Source: Gemmatimonadota bacterium (lineage in GTDB: Bacteria; Gemmatimonadota; Gemmatimonadetes; Gemmatimonadales; GWC2-71-9). Taken from it: a stretch of 64,000 bases of DNA. The translations under genes were made by a program, and so were the position numbers. The stretch is taken from NCBI GenBank assembly GCA_039591655.1, contig JBDHDE010000003.1, positions 15,093 to 79,092 of the forward strand. The letters run 5' to 3'. Below are positions 42,408-52,242 of this stretch, one piece after another. The first letter of the stretch is position 1; every line of letters begins with the position of its first letter. The notes beneath the pieces are model-generated. The model was not told the origin of the DNA and did no database searches. It saw only the letters and a list, made by a program, of their open reading frames with translations.

Positions 42408-43235
42408 TCACGACCGGAACGTCTTCTTGATCTCGTCGGCGATGCGGAGGAAGGCGCTCTGGCGCGGCCCGCCGAGCTCGGGCGTGGTCTCGATCTCGCC
42501 GTGCTCCAGGCGGTCGATGACCTGCTCGAGTCCCACATGAACGCGCTCGAGCTGCGCCCGTCGGCGCCGCGCCGTCACGAATCCCAGCAGCGCGCCCAGG
42601 GCCACCGGAATGAGGGCGACCGGCAGAACCACGTTGAGCGTCACGCCTACGACGGTTGCCACGGCCCCCAGGCCGGCGAGGGTCGCGGCACCGGCGAGGT
42701 GGCCGGCACGCGTGTTGGAGAGGTCTGCCAGGAGTTGCACATGGCAGCGCCCCTCCTCCAGGGGTACGACCTGCCCCACGACTTCCTTGGCTCTGGAGAG
42801 CTCGTACGAGCGACCGCCCATCTGCAGCCCGCGCTTGAGCGAGGAGAACATGTCCTGACGGGCCTCCCACGACGTCTGCTCGGGGTAGCGCCGCCTCACC
42901 GCCAGCAGCTCGCCCTCGGTCATCCACTTGTTGAGCGCCTCCCGCACTTGCCGGGCCTCCCCGGGGATGGTGCGTTGCGCCGCGAGACGGGCCGGGCCAG
43001 CCAGCCATGCCTTCACTCCGGGCTCAGCACCGGCAACGGCCCTCGTGCGCTCCTCGAGGAGGGCCCGCTGCAGATAGCTCGAGGGGATGCCGACGTCCAG
43101 CCCGAGCTGCAGCAACTCCTGCTCGGTGAGCCCCTCGCCGATGTCTCGTTCGCCTGCCTGTAGCTCCGCCGCGCGCCGAATGATCCGCTCCAGCGCCGCT
43201 CGGTCGATTCGCGAATGGGGAACGAGATCGTGCAT
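42408..43235 (-). CDS. Hypothetical membrane protein
   Basis: ERIIRRAAELQ...EL...G.DVGIP N-terminus, two C-terminal TM helices; follows thiolase by 4 nt. Confidence 0.75.
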   Translation of the reverse strand: MHDLVPHSRIDRAALERIIRRAAELQAGERDIGEGLTEQELLQLGLDVGIPSSYLQRALLEERTRAVAGAEPGVKAWLAGPARLAAQRTIPGEARQVREALNKWMTEGELLAVRRRYPEQTSWEARQDMFSSLKRGLQMGGRSYELSRAKEVVGQVVPLEEGRCHVQLLADLSNTRAGHLAGAATLAGLGAVATVVGVTLNVVLPVALIPVALGALLGFVTARRRRAQLERVHVGLEQVIDRLEHGEIETTPELGGPRQSAFLRIADEIKKTFRS

Positions 43236-43239
43236 CGTT

Positions 43240-44445
43240 TCAGTACGCCTCGACGATCACCGCCGCGCCCTGGCCGCCGCCGATACAGGCCGACCCGAGT
43301 CCGTAGCGCTTGCGGGCCTGCCGCAGGGCATGCAACAGGTGAATGGTGATGCGGGTGCCGCTCGCCGCAAGGGGGTGGCCGATGGCGATGGCGCCGCCGT
43401 GCACGTTGGTGCGCTCCCGATCGAGCCCCAGCTCTCTCTCGACGGCGACGTACTGCGGCGCGAAGGCCTCGTTGACCTCGATGAGATCCATGTCCTCGAG
43501 CTTCATCCCCGCCGCGGCCAGCGCCTTCCTGGCCGCCGGGACCGGGCCGATTCCCATGTACTTGGGCTCGACGCCGGCGACGCCCCAGGCCACCAGCCGG
43601 CCCAACGGCTGGAGCCCGAGATCTCGGGCCGTGCTCTCGCCGCCAACGACCGCAGCCGCCGCGCCGTCGCAGATGCCCGACGCATTACCGGCCGTCACCA
43701 ATCCGTCCGCCTTGAAATATGGCGGCAGGGCACCCAATCCCTCGAGTGTCGAGTCCGGGCGCATGTGCTCGTCCGCCCTCCAGTCGACCACCTGCTTGGT
43801 CTTGCGGTCCGGGATGGGGACCGGGATCACCTCGGGGTCGAAGACGCCATCGTCCCAGGCCCGCTTGGCGCGCTCCTGGCTGAGGAGAGCGTAAGCGTCC
43901 ACGTCCTCACGCTTGAGGGCGTGCTTCTCGGCGAGGTTCTCTGCCGTCTCCGCCATCGAGAGGCCGCACTGCGGGTCGCGTAGAGCTTCCCACAGTGAGT
44001 CCTCCAGGGGCGGCACCGGCCCCAGGCGAAGGCCCCAGCGCGCGCCGCGCAACACGTGCGGCGCCTGGCTCATCGACTCGGTGCCACCGGTCAGCACCAC
44101 ACGGGACTCGTCCAGCAGGATCTGCTGCGCGGCCAGGATGATGGACTCGAAGCCCGAGCCGCAGAGGCGATTCACCGTCACCGCGGGTACCTCGACGGGC
44201 AGGCCGGCCTGAAGGCCGACGTGGCGTGCCAGGTAGATGGCATCGGCCGACGTCTGCTGTGCGTTGCCGAATACGACGTGGTCCACCTGATCTGGCTCTA
44301 CCCCTGCCCGCTCGAGGGCGTGCCGGGCGGCGACGGCGCCGAGCCGGGTTGCGGAGTGGTCCCTGAGAGTGCCGCCGAACTTGCCGAAACCCGTGCGCAC
44401 GCCGGAGAGAAAGACGATGTCCTGGTGCTTGCCCTGAGTCTTCAT
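43240..44445 (-). CDS. Acetyl-CoA C-acyltransferase (thiolase)
   Basis: NRLCGSG, GGTESMS, TAGNASGI.DGA, EVNEAFA, GHPLAASG, SACIGGGQG. Confidence 0.95.
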   Translation of the reverse strand: MKTQGKHQDIVFLSGVRTGFGKFGGTLRDHSATRLGAVAARHALERAGVEPDQVDHVVFGNAQQTSADAIYLARHVGLQAGLPVEVPAVTVNRLCGSGFESIILAAQQILLDESRVVLTGGTESMSQAPHVLRGARWGLRLGPVPPLEDSLWEALRDPQCGLSMAETAENLAEKHALKREDVDAYALLSQERAKRAWDDGVFDPEVIPVPIPDRKTKQVVDWRADEHMRPDSTLEGLGALPPYFKADGLVTAGNASGICDGAAAAVVGGESTARDLGLQPLGRLVAWGVAGVEPKYMGIGPVPAARKALAAAGMKLEDMDLIEVNEAFAPQYVAVERELGLDRERTNVHGGAIAIGHPLAASGTRITIHLLHALRQARKRYGLGSACIGGGQGAAVIVEAY

Positions 44446-44538
44446 GCGGGAGGTCCTCGATCGCTGCTGCGGGATCAATCGGGAAGGAGCAAATATAACC
44501 CTGGTACCCGAGGGCCCCAGGTCCGTTCGCGGCTGCGA

Positions 44539-45600
44539 TCAGGTGACGTACTCGGTGATCCAGCGTCCCACGTCTGCGGTGGATAGCGCGCCACCGAGAT
44601 CGGCCGTGGTGACGCCCTCGTGCAACGCGGCGCGCACGGCCTCCTCAAGCCGGCGGGCGCCGTGCGGAGCGCCGAGCTGCTCCAGCATGAGGGCGCCGGT
44701 CAACACTGCGGCCAGCGGGTTAGCGACGCCCTTGCCGGCGAGCGGGGGCGCCGAGCCGTGCACCGGCTCGAACAAGCCGGGCCGGCCGGGGTGGAGGTTC
44801 GCGCTCGCCGCGAGGCCCAATCCCCCGACGAGTCCGGCGGCCAGATCCGACAGGATGTCGCCGAACAGATTGTTCGTCACGATGACCTGGAAGCGCTCGG
44901 GGACGCGTACCAGCTCCATGGCCAGAACATCTACGTAGCGGTGCTCCCGCTCGATCTGCGGGTACCTGCCGCCCACCTCCTCGAACAGCCGTTGCCACAG
45001 CTGGTGCATCGGCACGGCGTTCGACTTGTCGCTCATGGTGACGCGCCCTCTCCCCTGCTCCGTGGCCCAGGTGAACGCCGCCTCCAGGATCCGTTTGACG
45101 CGGCGTCCAGTGTGCACCTCCTCGGCGATCTGCTCTTCGTTCTCGGTACCCACATCTGTGCTGCGGCCGCGGCCCAGGTAGAAGCCCTCGGTGTTCTCCC
45201 GGAAGATGACCAGGTCTATGCGGCGCTCGCCCTCGGCACCGGGTTTGAGGGGACACAGCGCGGGGTGCAGCAGCCGGCAGGGGCGGAAGTTGACGTACAG
45301 GTCCAGCTTGATCCGGAGCCCCAAGAGGATGTCCCGCGCGTGCAGGCTGTCGGGGATCCGCGGATCGCCCAGGGCGCCCAGGAAGATGGCGTCCACGTCG
45401 TCCCGCAGATGGCGGAACGCGCTCTCGGGCAGCGTCTCGCCGGTGGCGAGGTAGTGGTCGGCCCCGTACGGCAGGCGCTCCCACTCGAGCGTCACGCCGT
45501 CGAGCGTCGCGGCGCGCTCGAGGGCGGGGATGGCTGCGTCGATGACCTCCGGACCGATACCGTCGCCGGGGATGACCGCGACGCTTGCGCTACGCGCCAA
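44539..45600 (-). CDS. Isocitrate/isopropylmalate dehydrogenase family (LeuB-like)
   Basis: IPGDGIGPEV, RENTEG, DKSN, NLFGDILSD, FEPVHGSAP; TTG start inferred. Confidence 0.9.
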   Translation of the reverse strand: MARSASVAVIPGDGIGPEVIDAAIPALERAATLDGVTLEWERLPYGADHYLATGETLPESAFRHLRDDVDAIFLGALGDPRIPDSLHARDILLGLRIKLDLYVNFRPCRLLHPALCPLKPGAEGERRIDLVIFRENTEGFYLGRGRSTDVGTENEEQIAEEVHTGRRVKRILEAAFTWATEQGRGRVTMSDKSNAVPMHQLWQRLFEEVGGRYPQIEREHRYVDVLAMELVRVPERFQVIVTNNLFGDILSDLAAGLVGGLGLAASANLHPGRPGLFEPVHGSAPPLAGKGVANPLAAVLTGALMLEQLGAPHGARRLEEAVRAALHEGVTTADLGGALSTADVGRWITEYVT

Positions 45601-45604
45601 GGTG

Positions 45605-46255
45605 CTACTCCGACACGGTCTGCCCGCAGGTCCCGCAGAACTGCCAACCGGGCTCCAGGGGATCGCCGCACCGGGCGCACCGGGACTCCTCCAGCTGCTG
45701 CCCACAGAAGGGGCAGAAGATCACGCGCCTCCCCCCGGGGAGCTCCTCCTGGCAGTGCGGGCAGGTGACCTCGACGGCCTCGAACACCAGCCCGCCCCCG
45801 CTGCCGGCGGGCTCCGGCTCCGGCGGGCTCGACGGCTCGGGCTCCGTCACCTCGGGAGGGGCGTACTCCGAATCCTCGGTGGCGGGCTCCGGCGGCGCGT
45901 ACGCCGCCTTCTCGTCCAGCACCGAGCGCACTGCCCCGTGGCTCAACCGTACGGTGGCCGCGGCGAAGTCGCGAAAAGCACCGGGGTTGGGATTGACCGA
46001 CTCCGACTCCAGCACGAAGGTCTCCTGTACGTTTACCGGCTCGACAGCGGCGTAGCCCCGCTCGCCCGACAGGAGCCGCAGCAATGCCATCTCGTAGTCC
46101 TCGATGGAGTCGAGCTTGAGGGAGCGTCGGTGGCCCCGATAGGGGATGATGTTCTGGTACAGCTCGGCGATCTCGAACGGCGAGCGCAGGCGCTCCGGGG
46201 CCTCCGTCGCCAAGTGGTTGACGAGGTGGCGGAACAGGCGGTCGAGATCGTCCAT
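45605..46255 (-). CDS. Protein with C-terminal double zinc ribbon
   Basis: CPHC, FCPFCG, CARCG, FCGTCG; start could be GTG 46276. Confidence 0.82.
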   Translation of the reverse strand: MDDLDRLFRHLVNHLATEAPERLRSPFEIAELYQNIIPYRGHRRSLKLDSIEDYEMALLRLLSGERGYAAVEPVNVQETFVLESESVNPNPGAFRDFAAATVRLSHGAVRSVLDEKAAYAPPEPATEDSEYAPPEVTEPEPSSPPEPEPAGSGGGLVFEAVEVTCPHCQEELPGGRRVIFCPFCGQQLEESRCARCGDPLEPGWQFCGTCGQTVSE

Positions 46256-46266
46256 AGGCCGCGTGC

Positions 46267-46767
46267 TCAGCGCCACTCGCCGGCCCAGCGATCGTAATGC
46301 ACTGGGGCGACGCCCGCCGTGGCCAGGAGCTCGACGCCGCTGGGGTCGCGGTACCTCCGGCGGAAGAAGACGTGCGTGACTCCGGAGTTGATCATGGCCT
46401 TGGCGCAGGCCACGCAGGGACTATCGGTCAGGAACACGACCTTGTCGCGTATGCCGCCGGGCGCCTTCACCATGGCGTTGATCTCGGAGTGAATGCAGCC
46501 GCAACTCCCCGGCACCGCGGAGTCACACCGGTTGGGGAACCCCTTGGCGTTCCCGTTGTACCCGATGGCTACCACGTTCTCGAGCTGCGCATCCGTGATC
46601 ACCGTCCCGACCTGGAGCCGGGCGCAGGTGGACCGCTTCGCGAGCTCCTCCGCCATGCGCATGTACACCTCGTACAGCGGGATCCGGTCGCGCTGCGGCT
46701 CGCTGCCGTCCGGGAGGAGGTTGAGCGGGTGCGTGTTGTCCGGCACCCCGTCCTTGTAGACCGTCAT
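46267..46767 (-). CDS. dCMP deaminase / ComEB-like zinc deaminase
   Basis: RSTC.RLQVG, IGYNG, HSEINA, SPCVACAK. Confidence 0.9.
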   Translation of the reverse strand: MTVYKDGVPDNTHPLNLLPDGSEPQRDRIPLYEVYMRMAEELAKRSTCARLQVGTVITDAQLENVVAIGYNGNAKGFPNRCDSAVPGSCGCIHSEINAMVKAPGGIRDKVVFLTDSPCVACAKAMINSGVTHVFFRRRYRDPSGVELLATAGVAPVHYDRWAGEWR

Positions 46768-47366
46768 ACGCGGCTCATCGATTCGAGTTCGACGAACGTC
46801 CCGTCGGGGTCGTAGTCGGTGAACTTACCCTTGGCGCGCCCCTCAGCCAGCCACTCCCCGAACCGGGAGGGCACGGCACCCTGCGAGTGCACCTGCTCCC
46901 GGGCGGCCCACATCGCGAGGTCGTTGACGTACTCGTTCTTGGGATGTCCGGCGTGGCCCCTGACCCACTCCCACACCGGCTCGTGACCTTCGGTGGCCTG
47001 CACCAGCTTCTGCCACAGCTCGAGGTTCTCGATCTTGCCGCCCTTGCGACGCCACCCCCGCTCCTGCCAGCCTCGCACCCACTCCCGCATACCCTTCACG
47101 AGGTACTCCGAATCGGATACGTAGACCACCCGGAAGCGGTTGCCCTTCTGACTGAGGAGGGCAAGCGTGGCGACGGCGCCGGCTAGCGCCATGCGGTTGT
47201 TGGTGGTGTCGGGCGACGAGATGTAGACGTCGCGGCGGGCGATCGTCCCGCGCGAGCGCACCTCAATGAGCGCCCCGGCCCCTCCGGGATTGGGGCCTTC
47301 GAGGCCGTTGCGCAGACAGCTCTCGTCGGCATGGACCACTGCGGTGAACAGCTTCTTCCTAGGCAT
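46764..47366 (-). CDS. rnhA: Ribonuclease HI
   Basis: HADESC..N....PGG, TTNNRMAL, SDSEYL..GM..W...W...GW, N.ELW, WVRGHAGHPKNEYVNDLA. Confidence 0.88.
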   Translation of the reverse strand: MPRKKLFTAVVHADESCLRNGLEGPNPGGAGALIEVRSRGTIARRDVYISSPDTTNNRMALAGAVATLALLSQKGNRFRVVYVSDSEYLVKGMREWVRGWQERGWRRKGGKIENLELWQKLVQATEGHEPVWEWVRGHAGHPKNEYVNDLAMWAAREQVHSQGAVPSRFGEWLAEGRAKGKFTDYDPDGTFVELESMSRV

Positions 47367-48441
47367 CGCCCTCGACCACCTCGATGACGGGCTCGGCACC
47401 CGCGGTAATCTCACCGATGACTGCGGCGACCGGCGTGTCGTGGGCGTGCAGCGCAGTGAGGAGTTGCTCCGTCCGGTCCGCGGCCACTGCGATGAGCAGG
47501 CCGCCGGATGTCTGCGCGTCGCACAGCAACGTGCGCGTGGCCTGGTCGACGCCCGGTGCCCAGGCGACGTAGTCCGCGGCCGCCTCGAGGTTCCGCTTCG
47601 TCCCTCCGGGAATGGCACCGTCGCGAATCAGCTCCTCGGTGCGGTCGAACAGCGGCACGGCAGCCGCTGCGATGCGCGCGCCTCGACCGCTGGCGCTCAG
47701 CATCGTGTGTAGGTGCCCCATCAGCCCGAACCCCGTCACGTCCGTGGCAGCGTGCCCGGACTGCCCAGCCTCTTGCATTGCCCGCATGCCGCCGGCGTTC
47801 AGCGTCGCCATCGAGCGGATCGCCTGCGCCATGTCCACTTCGGTGATCATTGCGTGCTTGAGAGCGGTGCTCAGGATCCCCGTTCCCAGCGGCTTGGTGA
47901 GGACCAGCCGGTCCCCCTGCCGGGCACCGGCGTTGGTGATCACGCGGTCCGGGTGCACGTCGCCCACGGCGACCATGCCGAACTTGGGCTCCTTGTCGTC
48001 GATGGAGTGCCCGCCCAGCACGAAGGCGCCCGCCTCCCGCACCTTGTCCCCCCCGCCCCGCATCGTCTCCCCCAAGAGCTCCAGCATGGCCTCGTCCCGC
48101 GGCCAGGCCACCAGGTTGAGGACGAACAGCGGGGTGGCACCCATGGCGTAGAGATCACTCAGGGCGTTCGCCGCCGCGATCGCACCGAACGCGTACGGGT
48201 CGTCCACGATGGGTGCGAAAAAGTCCACCGTCGCCACGATGGCGCGGTCGTCCGAGGTCCTGAAGACCGCCGCATCGTCGCGCGTGAGCGCGGCCACGAG
48301 GATACGTGAGTCCTCGGCCGCGGGCAAGTGACGCAGGACCTGCGTCAGCTCAGCCGAGCTGAGCTTGCAGGCTCAACCCGCGCCGTGCGACAGCGTAGTG
48401 AGCCGGATCCGCGGTCGCTGGTCGCGTGGCGTCTCGGTCAT
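47359..48441 (-). CDS. selD: Selenophosphate synthetase, selenocysteine-containing
   Basis: ATG 48441 gives MTETPRDQRPRIRLTTLSHGAG-TGA-ACKLSS in frame with DDAAV, TVDFFAPIVDDPY.FG.IAAANALSD, GGHSIDD, TDVTGFGL, DAQTSGGLL. Confidence 0.95.
48339..48371 (-). promoter_or_regulatory. Bacterial SECIS hairpin
   Basis: Immediately 3' of the UGA: CCUGC-AA-GCUCAGC-UCG-GCUGAGC-UGAC-GCAGG. Confidence 0.8.
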
Positions 48442-48475
48442 TCGCTCTCCGAACTCCTCCGTTATAATACGCGCC

Positions 48476-49168
48476 ATGGGGATCGCCCTGGCCACCGCCT
48501 TTGCCCTGGGCGTGGCGCACGCCCTCGAGGTCGACCATATGGTCGCAGTCAGCGCCTTCATCGGCAACCGGCCCCACGTGCGCACCGCCGTGTCCTTCGG
48601 TGTGCGGTGGGGGCTGGGCCACTCCCTGGTGGTGCTGATCGTAGGTGGCGGCCTCATATGGTCCGGCGTGGCCATTCCCGCGGGCGTCAGCGGCTGGGCC
48701 GAGCTCGGCGTGGGCGCCATGCTCGTGGTCCTCGGCCTCTGGGCGCTGCGTGCCTCCCGACGTATCCATGTGCACGCGCCCCACGATCATGAGGGGCACG
48801 CACACCTACATGCCCACTCCCCGGCGCAGCATCCCCACAGCCATGCCCACCATGATCCCGCCCGGCGGCACCGGCACCTGTCCACCCTCGTGGGCGCCGT
48901 ACACGGCCTCGCCGGCACCGCTCCGGTCGTCGCCCTGATCCCCGTAACGTTGATCCCCAACACCTGGGCCGCGTTGGCGTACCTCGCGGCCTTCGGCCTG
49001 GGGACGGTGCTCGCCATGGGCCTCTACTCGGTGTTGGCTGCCGTGGCGGCGGGCAGGGCCGCCTCGACCGTCACCCTGGCCCGCGTCGTGGCCCTGGTGA
49101 CAGCGGCTGCGAGCCTGGGAGTGGGGACCTGGTGGGTCCTGCGGGCCATGGGACATCTCACCGGGTAG
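48476..49168 (+). CDS. NiCoT/UreH-like nickel-cobalt transporter-family membrane protein
   Basis: HALEVDH, WGLGH, His-rich loop (HVHAPHDHEGHAHLHAH), GAVHGLAG. Confidence 0.87.
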   Translation: MGIALATAFALGVAHALEVDHMVAVSAFIGNRPHVRTAVSFGVRWGLGHSLVVLIVGGGLIWSGVAIPAGVSGWAELGVGAMLVVLGLWALRASRRIHVHAPHDHEGHAHLHAHSPAQHPHSHAHHDPARRHRHLSTLVGAVHGLAGTAPVVALIPVTLIPNTWAALAYLAAFGLGTVLAMGLYSVLAAVAAGRAASTVTLARVVALVTAAASLGVGTWWVLRAMGHLTG

Positions 49169-49194
49169 CTGCGCACCGAGCGCGAGGGAAGGAC

Positions 49195-50871
49195 TCACTC
49201 CCCGACCCAGCCCGGACCTCGCAGCCCCCTCCCGGGCCGCTCCCTCGTGATCTCCCCGCCGTCCAGGACCAGCTTCCCGTTCACGAACACGTACTCGACG
49301 CCCTCGGAGTACTGGTGGGGATCGGCGAATGTCGCCCGGTCGATGATCGTCTCCGGATCGAACACGGCGATGTCCGCGGCCATGCCCGGGCGGAGGATTC
49401 CCCGGTCGAGCAGTCCCACCCTTTGCGCCGGCAGCGAGGTCATTTTGCGGATTGCCTGCTCCAATGAGAGCACGCCGTGCTGGCGCACGTAGCGGCCCAG
49501 GATGCGCGGGAAGCTGCCGTAGACGCGGGGGTGCACCATGTCCTCCGAGAGAACGCCGTCCACGGCCACCGCGCCGAAGTCGGTGCAGAAGCTGGTCCAC
49601 CAGTGCCCGATGGCAGAGCGCACGTCCCACTCGTTCATGCTGAAGTAGATGGCGTCGGTGTGTCCGTTGTCCCTGATGATCAGCTCGAAGACGGCCTCCA
49701 GCTCGTCCACGCCCCACTCCGACGCGACCTCGGCAACGCTCTTGCCCTGGAGATAGCGCAGCGAGTCGTGGAGGACACCGGCCACCAACACCCCGGCGCC
49801 GCCGCCGGCGCCACGGAAGAAGCTCTCCACGCCCCCGGGGGGGTTGAGGATGTCGGCCCGGATACGGAGACGCTCCGCCGGATCCCGCAGCCGCGCGATC
49901 ATCGCTGAGTCGCCCCCCTCGTGGGCCCACTGAGGAATACTGGCGTCGAGGGACGTTGCCGATGCGACGTAGGGGTAAAGGTCGGCGGTGATGTCCCTCC
50001 CGGCCCCCCGGGCGGAGTCGAGCTTGGTCAGGATGCGGGGCATTGTCCCGTGGCTGTCCTGGCCGGCCCGCTTCAGGTGCCAGATCTCGACGGGGATATC
50101 GGCGGCCTGCCCTATCTGGAGGGCCTCGTCGATGGCCTCGTCGATGCGGCGGCCCTCGTCGCGCAGGTGGGTGGCGTAGATGCCGCCGTGGCGGCTCGCT
50201 GCCTGGGCCAGGGCGATGAGCTCCTCGGTGGAGGCGTAGAACGCCGGCGCGTACACCAGGGACGTGGAGATGCCCAGGGCGCCCTGCATCATCGCGGTGT
50301 CCACCAGGGCCACCATGCGCTCGAGCTCCGCCGGTGTCGGTGCGCGGTCCTCGCTGCCGAGGACAGCCATGCGGATCTGGGTGGCGCCCACGAGGGATGC
50401 GATGTTGATCGTCGAGCCGGACTCCTCGAGCCGTCGGAAGTAGCCGTCCAGGTCGTACCAGTCCACCGTGATGCCGAGAGACTCGTGGTACTCGGCGTCG
50501 TCGGCTATGGTGGCCGCGGTCTGGGGCGCAACAGACGAGCCCTCTCCCGTCACCTCCGTGGTGATGCCCTGGGTGATCTTGCTGGCCGCGCGGCCGTCGG
50601 CCAGCACCTTGAGCTCGGACCAGCCCAGCATGTCGATGAACCCGGGGGACACGACCAGATCGGTGGCGACGATCGTGCGGCGGGCCCGCGCGTTGCCCAG
50701 CTGTCCCACCGCGACGATGCGGTCGCCCTCGATGGCGATGTCGCCCCGGTAGCGGGGGTTGCCCGTGCCATCCACGATCCAGCCGCCCCGCACGACGACG
50801 TCGTAGCGCTTGCCGCCCGGGACGCAGGCAGCGACGCAGAGTGCCGCGACCAGTGCAGTGCGTCTCATCAT
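49195..50871 (-). CDS. N-acyl-D-amino-acid deacylase family amidohydrolase, lipoprotein
   Basis: VAAC lipobox, IVDGTG, PGFID, QGITT, HLRDEG, HPRVYGSFPR, G..ADIAVFD. Confidence 0.9.
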   Translation of the reverse strand: MMRRTALVAALCVAACVPGGKRYDVVVRGGWIVDGTGNPRYRGDIAIEGDRIVAVGQLGNARARRTIVATDLVVSPGFIDMLGWSELKVLADGRAASKITQGITTEVTGEGSSVAPQTAATIADDAEYHESLGITVDWYDLDGYFRRLEESGSTINIASLVGATQIRMAVLGSEDRAPTPAELERMVALVDTAMMQGALGISTSLVYAPAFYASTEELIALAQAASRHGGIYATHLRDEGRRIDEAIDEALQIGQAADIPVEIWHLKRAGQDSHGTMPRILTKLDSARGAGRDITADLYPYVASATSLDASIPQWAHEGGDSAMIARLRDPAERLRIRADILNPPGGVESFFRGAGGGAGVLVAGVLHDSLRYLQGKSVAEVASEWGVDELEAVFELIIRDNGHTDAIYFSMNEWDVRSAIGHWWTSFCTDFGAVAVDGVLSEDMVHPRVYGSFPRILGRYVRQHGVLSLEQAIRKMTSLPAQRVGLLDRGILRPGMAADIAVFDPETIIDRATFADPHQYSEGVEYVFVNGKLVLDGGEITRERPGRGLRGPGWVGE

Positions 50872-50874
50872 CGG

Positions 50875-52242
50875 CTACCACCCTTCCTTGAGATCGTCGG
50901 CCCAGTAGGCCGCGCCGCGAAACACTACGCGCTCGACCTCCCGCGTGTTCTCGATGTTCTCCATCGGGTTCCCGCTCAGGATCACGAAGTCGGCCACGGC
51001 TCCGGGTTGCAGCACCCCGATCGAGTCGGCGCCCAACAGCCGCGCGCCATCCCGCGTGGCGGCCAGCAGCGCGTCCCGGGGCAGGAGCCCGGCCCGTACC
51101 AGCAGTGCCAGCTCGTCGTGCAGGCTGGCGCCGGGCGGAAGGAGCTGGTTGGGCGCGTCGCTCCCCGCGGCTATCAGGCCGCCGGCCCGCTGGTACAGAC
51201 GGACGAAGCGGTCCTGCGCCGTGCGGGAGCGGCGGAACGCCCTGAAGTCGTCGGACTGGAGCCGGGCGCGGCGAATGAGACCCGGGACGTTCCACGCTGT
51301 CTGCACCGACTCCGGTACGCCGGCGAGGTCGAGCTGGTCGATGTAGTTGCGGTCGTTGAGCCGGCTCCACGCCTGGTGGAGCGCCAGGGTGGGAACGATC
51401 CGCACGCCGAGTTCCACGAGCCGGCGCGCCGTCCGCTCGAGCGAGGCCGAATCGAGCCGCACCCACGCCCGCTCCACCATATTCCACCCACGGAAGAAGT
51501 CGTTGTGCGCCCCGTAGAACCGGTTTGGGTCTCTGACGGTGGCCTCGACGACACCCGTCATGTGCTCCAGGGTCATGACCCCCATACGGGCCGCTGTCAC
51601 CGCGTCCACCTTGCCCAGGTGGCCTGTGACGGGCAGATGGAGATCGTTTGCCTCGTCCATGAGGGCGCGGAGCAGGCGGCGGTCGATCTTGGTGTAGATC
51701 TTCGCCTGCGTCACATCGAGGAGCGTCAGTTGGTCCACGGCACGGCGCGCCTGCGTCGGCGTCGTCACCTCCGTAGCCGTCTCCCGTGTGGCGGGAGCGC
51801 CGTCGACCACGGCGCCGGAGACGTACATGCGCGGCCCGAGAACGCCGCCGAGTGCGATCTGGTCCCGCAGCTCCATCACCTCGCCCTGGGCCCCTCCCAC
51901 GTCGCGGACGGTCGTCACACCGTAGGCCAGGAAGCGGGTGAGGGTCCAGGGTTCCGTGTGGGTGTGGGAATCGATCAGCCCGGGGATCACCCAGCGTCCG
52001 TCCAGCCGGACCTCCTCGGTTCCCCGGGGGATGCTCACCAGATCGGGTGGGCCGATGGCCTCGATATGCCCGCCCGAGACGATGATGACCGCGTCCAGGA
52101 TGAGGGGAGATCCGCTGCCGTCGAACACCTCGGCGCCGACGTAGGCCGTCTTCCCGGCGCCGGGATTACAGGCAGCGGCGAGCACGAGGGCGCCGCAGGC
52201 CAACGCCCTCCTCCCCGTCTCAATCACTCGACGTGTGATCAT
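50875..52242 (-). CDS. Amidohydrolase family protein, probable lipoprotein
   Basis: LAAAC, PGLIDSHTH, GVTTVRD, LEH, AGSDA, G..ADFVIL; start inferred. Confidence 0.88.
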   Translation of the reverse strand: MITRRVIETGRRALACGALVLAAACNPGAGKTAYVGAEVFDGSGSPLILDAVIIVSGGHIEAIGPPDLVSIPRGTEEVRLDGRWVIPGLIDSHTHTEPWTLTRFLAYGVTTVRDVGGAQGEVMELRDQIALGGVLGPRMYVSGAVVDGAPATRETATEVTTPTQARRAVDQLTLLDVTQAKIYTKIDRRLLRALMDEANDLHLPVTGHLGKVDAVTAARMGVMTLEHMTGVVEATVRDPNRFYGAHNDFFRGWNMVERAWVRLDSASLERTARRLVELGVRIVPTLALHQAWSRLNDRNYIDQLDLAGVPESVQTAWNVPGLIRRARLQSDDFRAFRRSRTAQDRFVRLYQRAGGLIAAGSDAPNQLLPPGASLHDELALLVRAGLLPRDALLAATRDGARLLGADSIGVLQPGAVADFVILSGNPMENIENTREVERVVFRGAAYWADDLKEGW

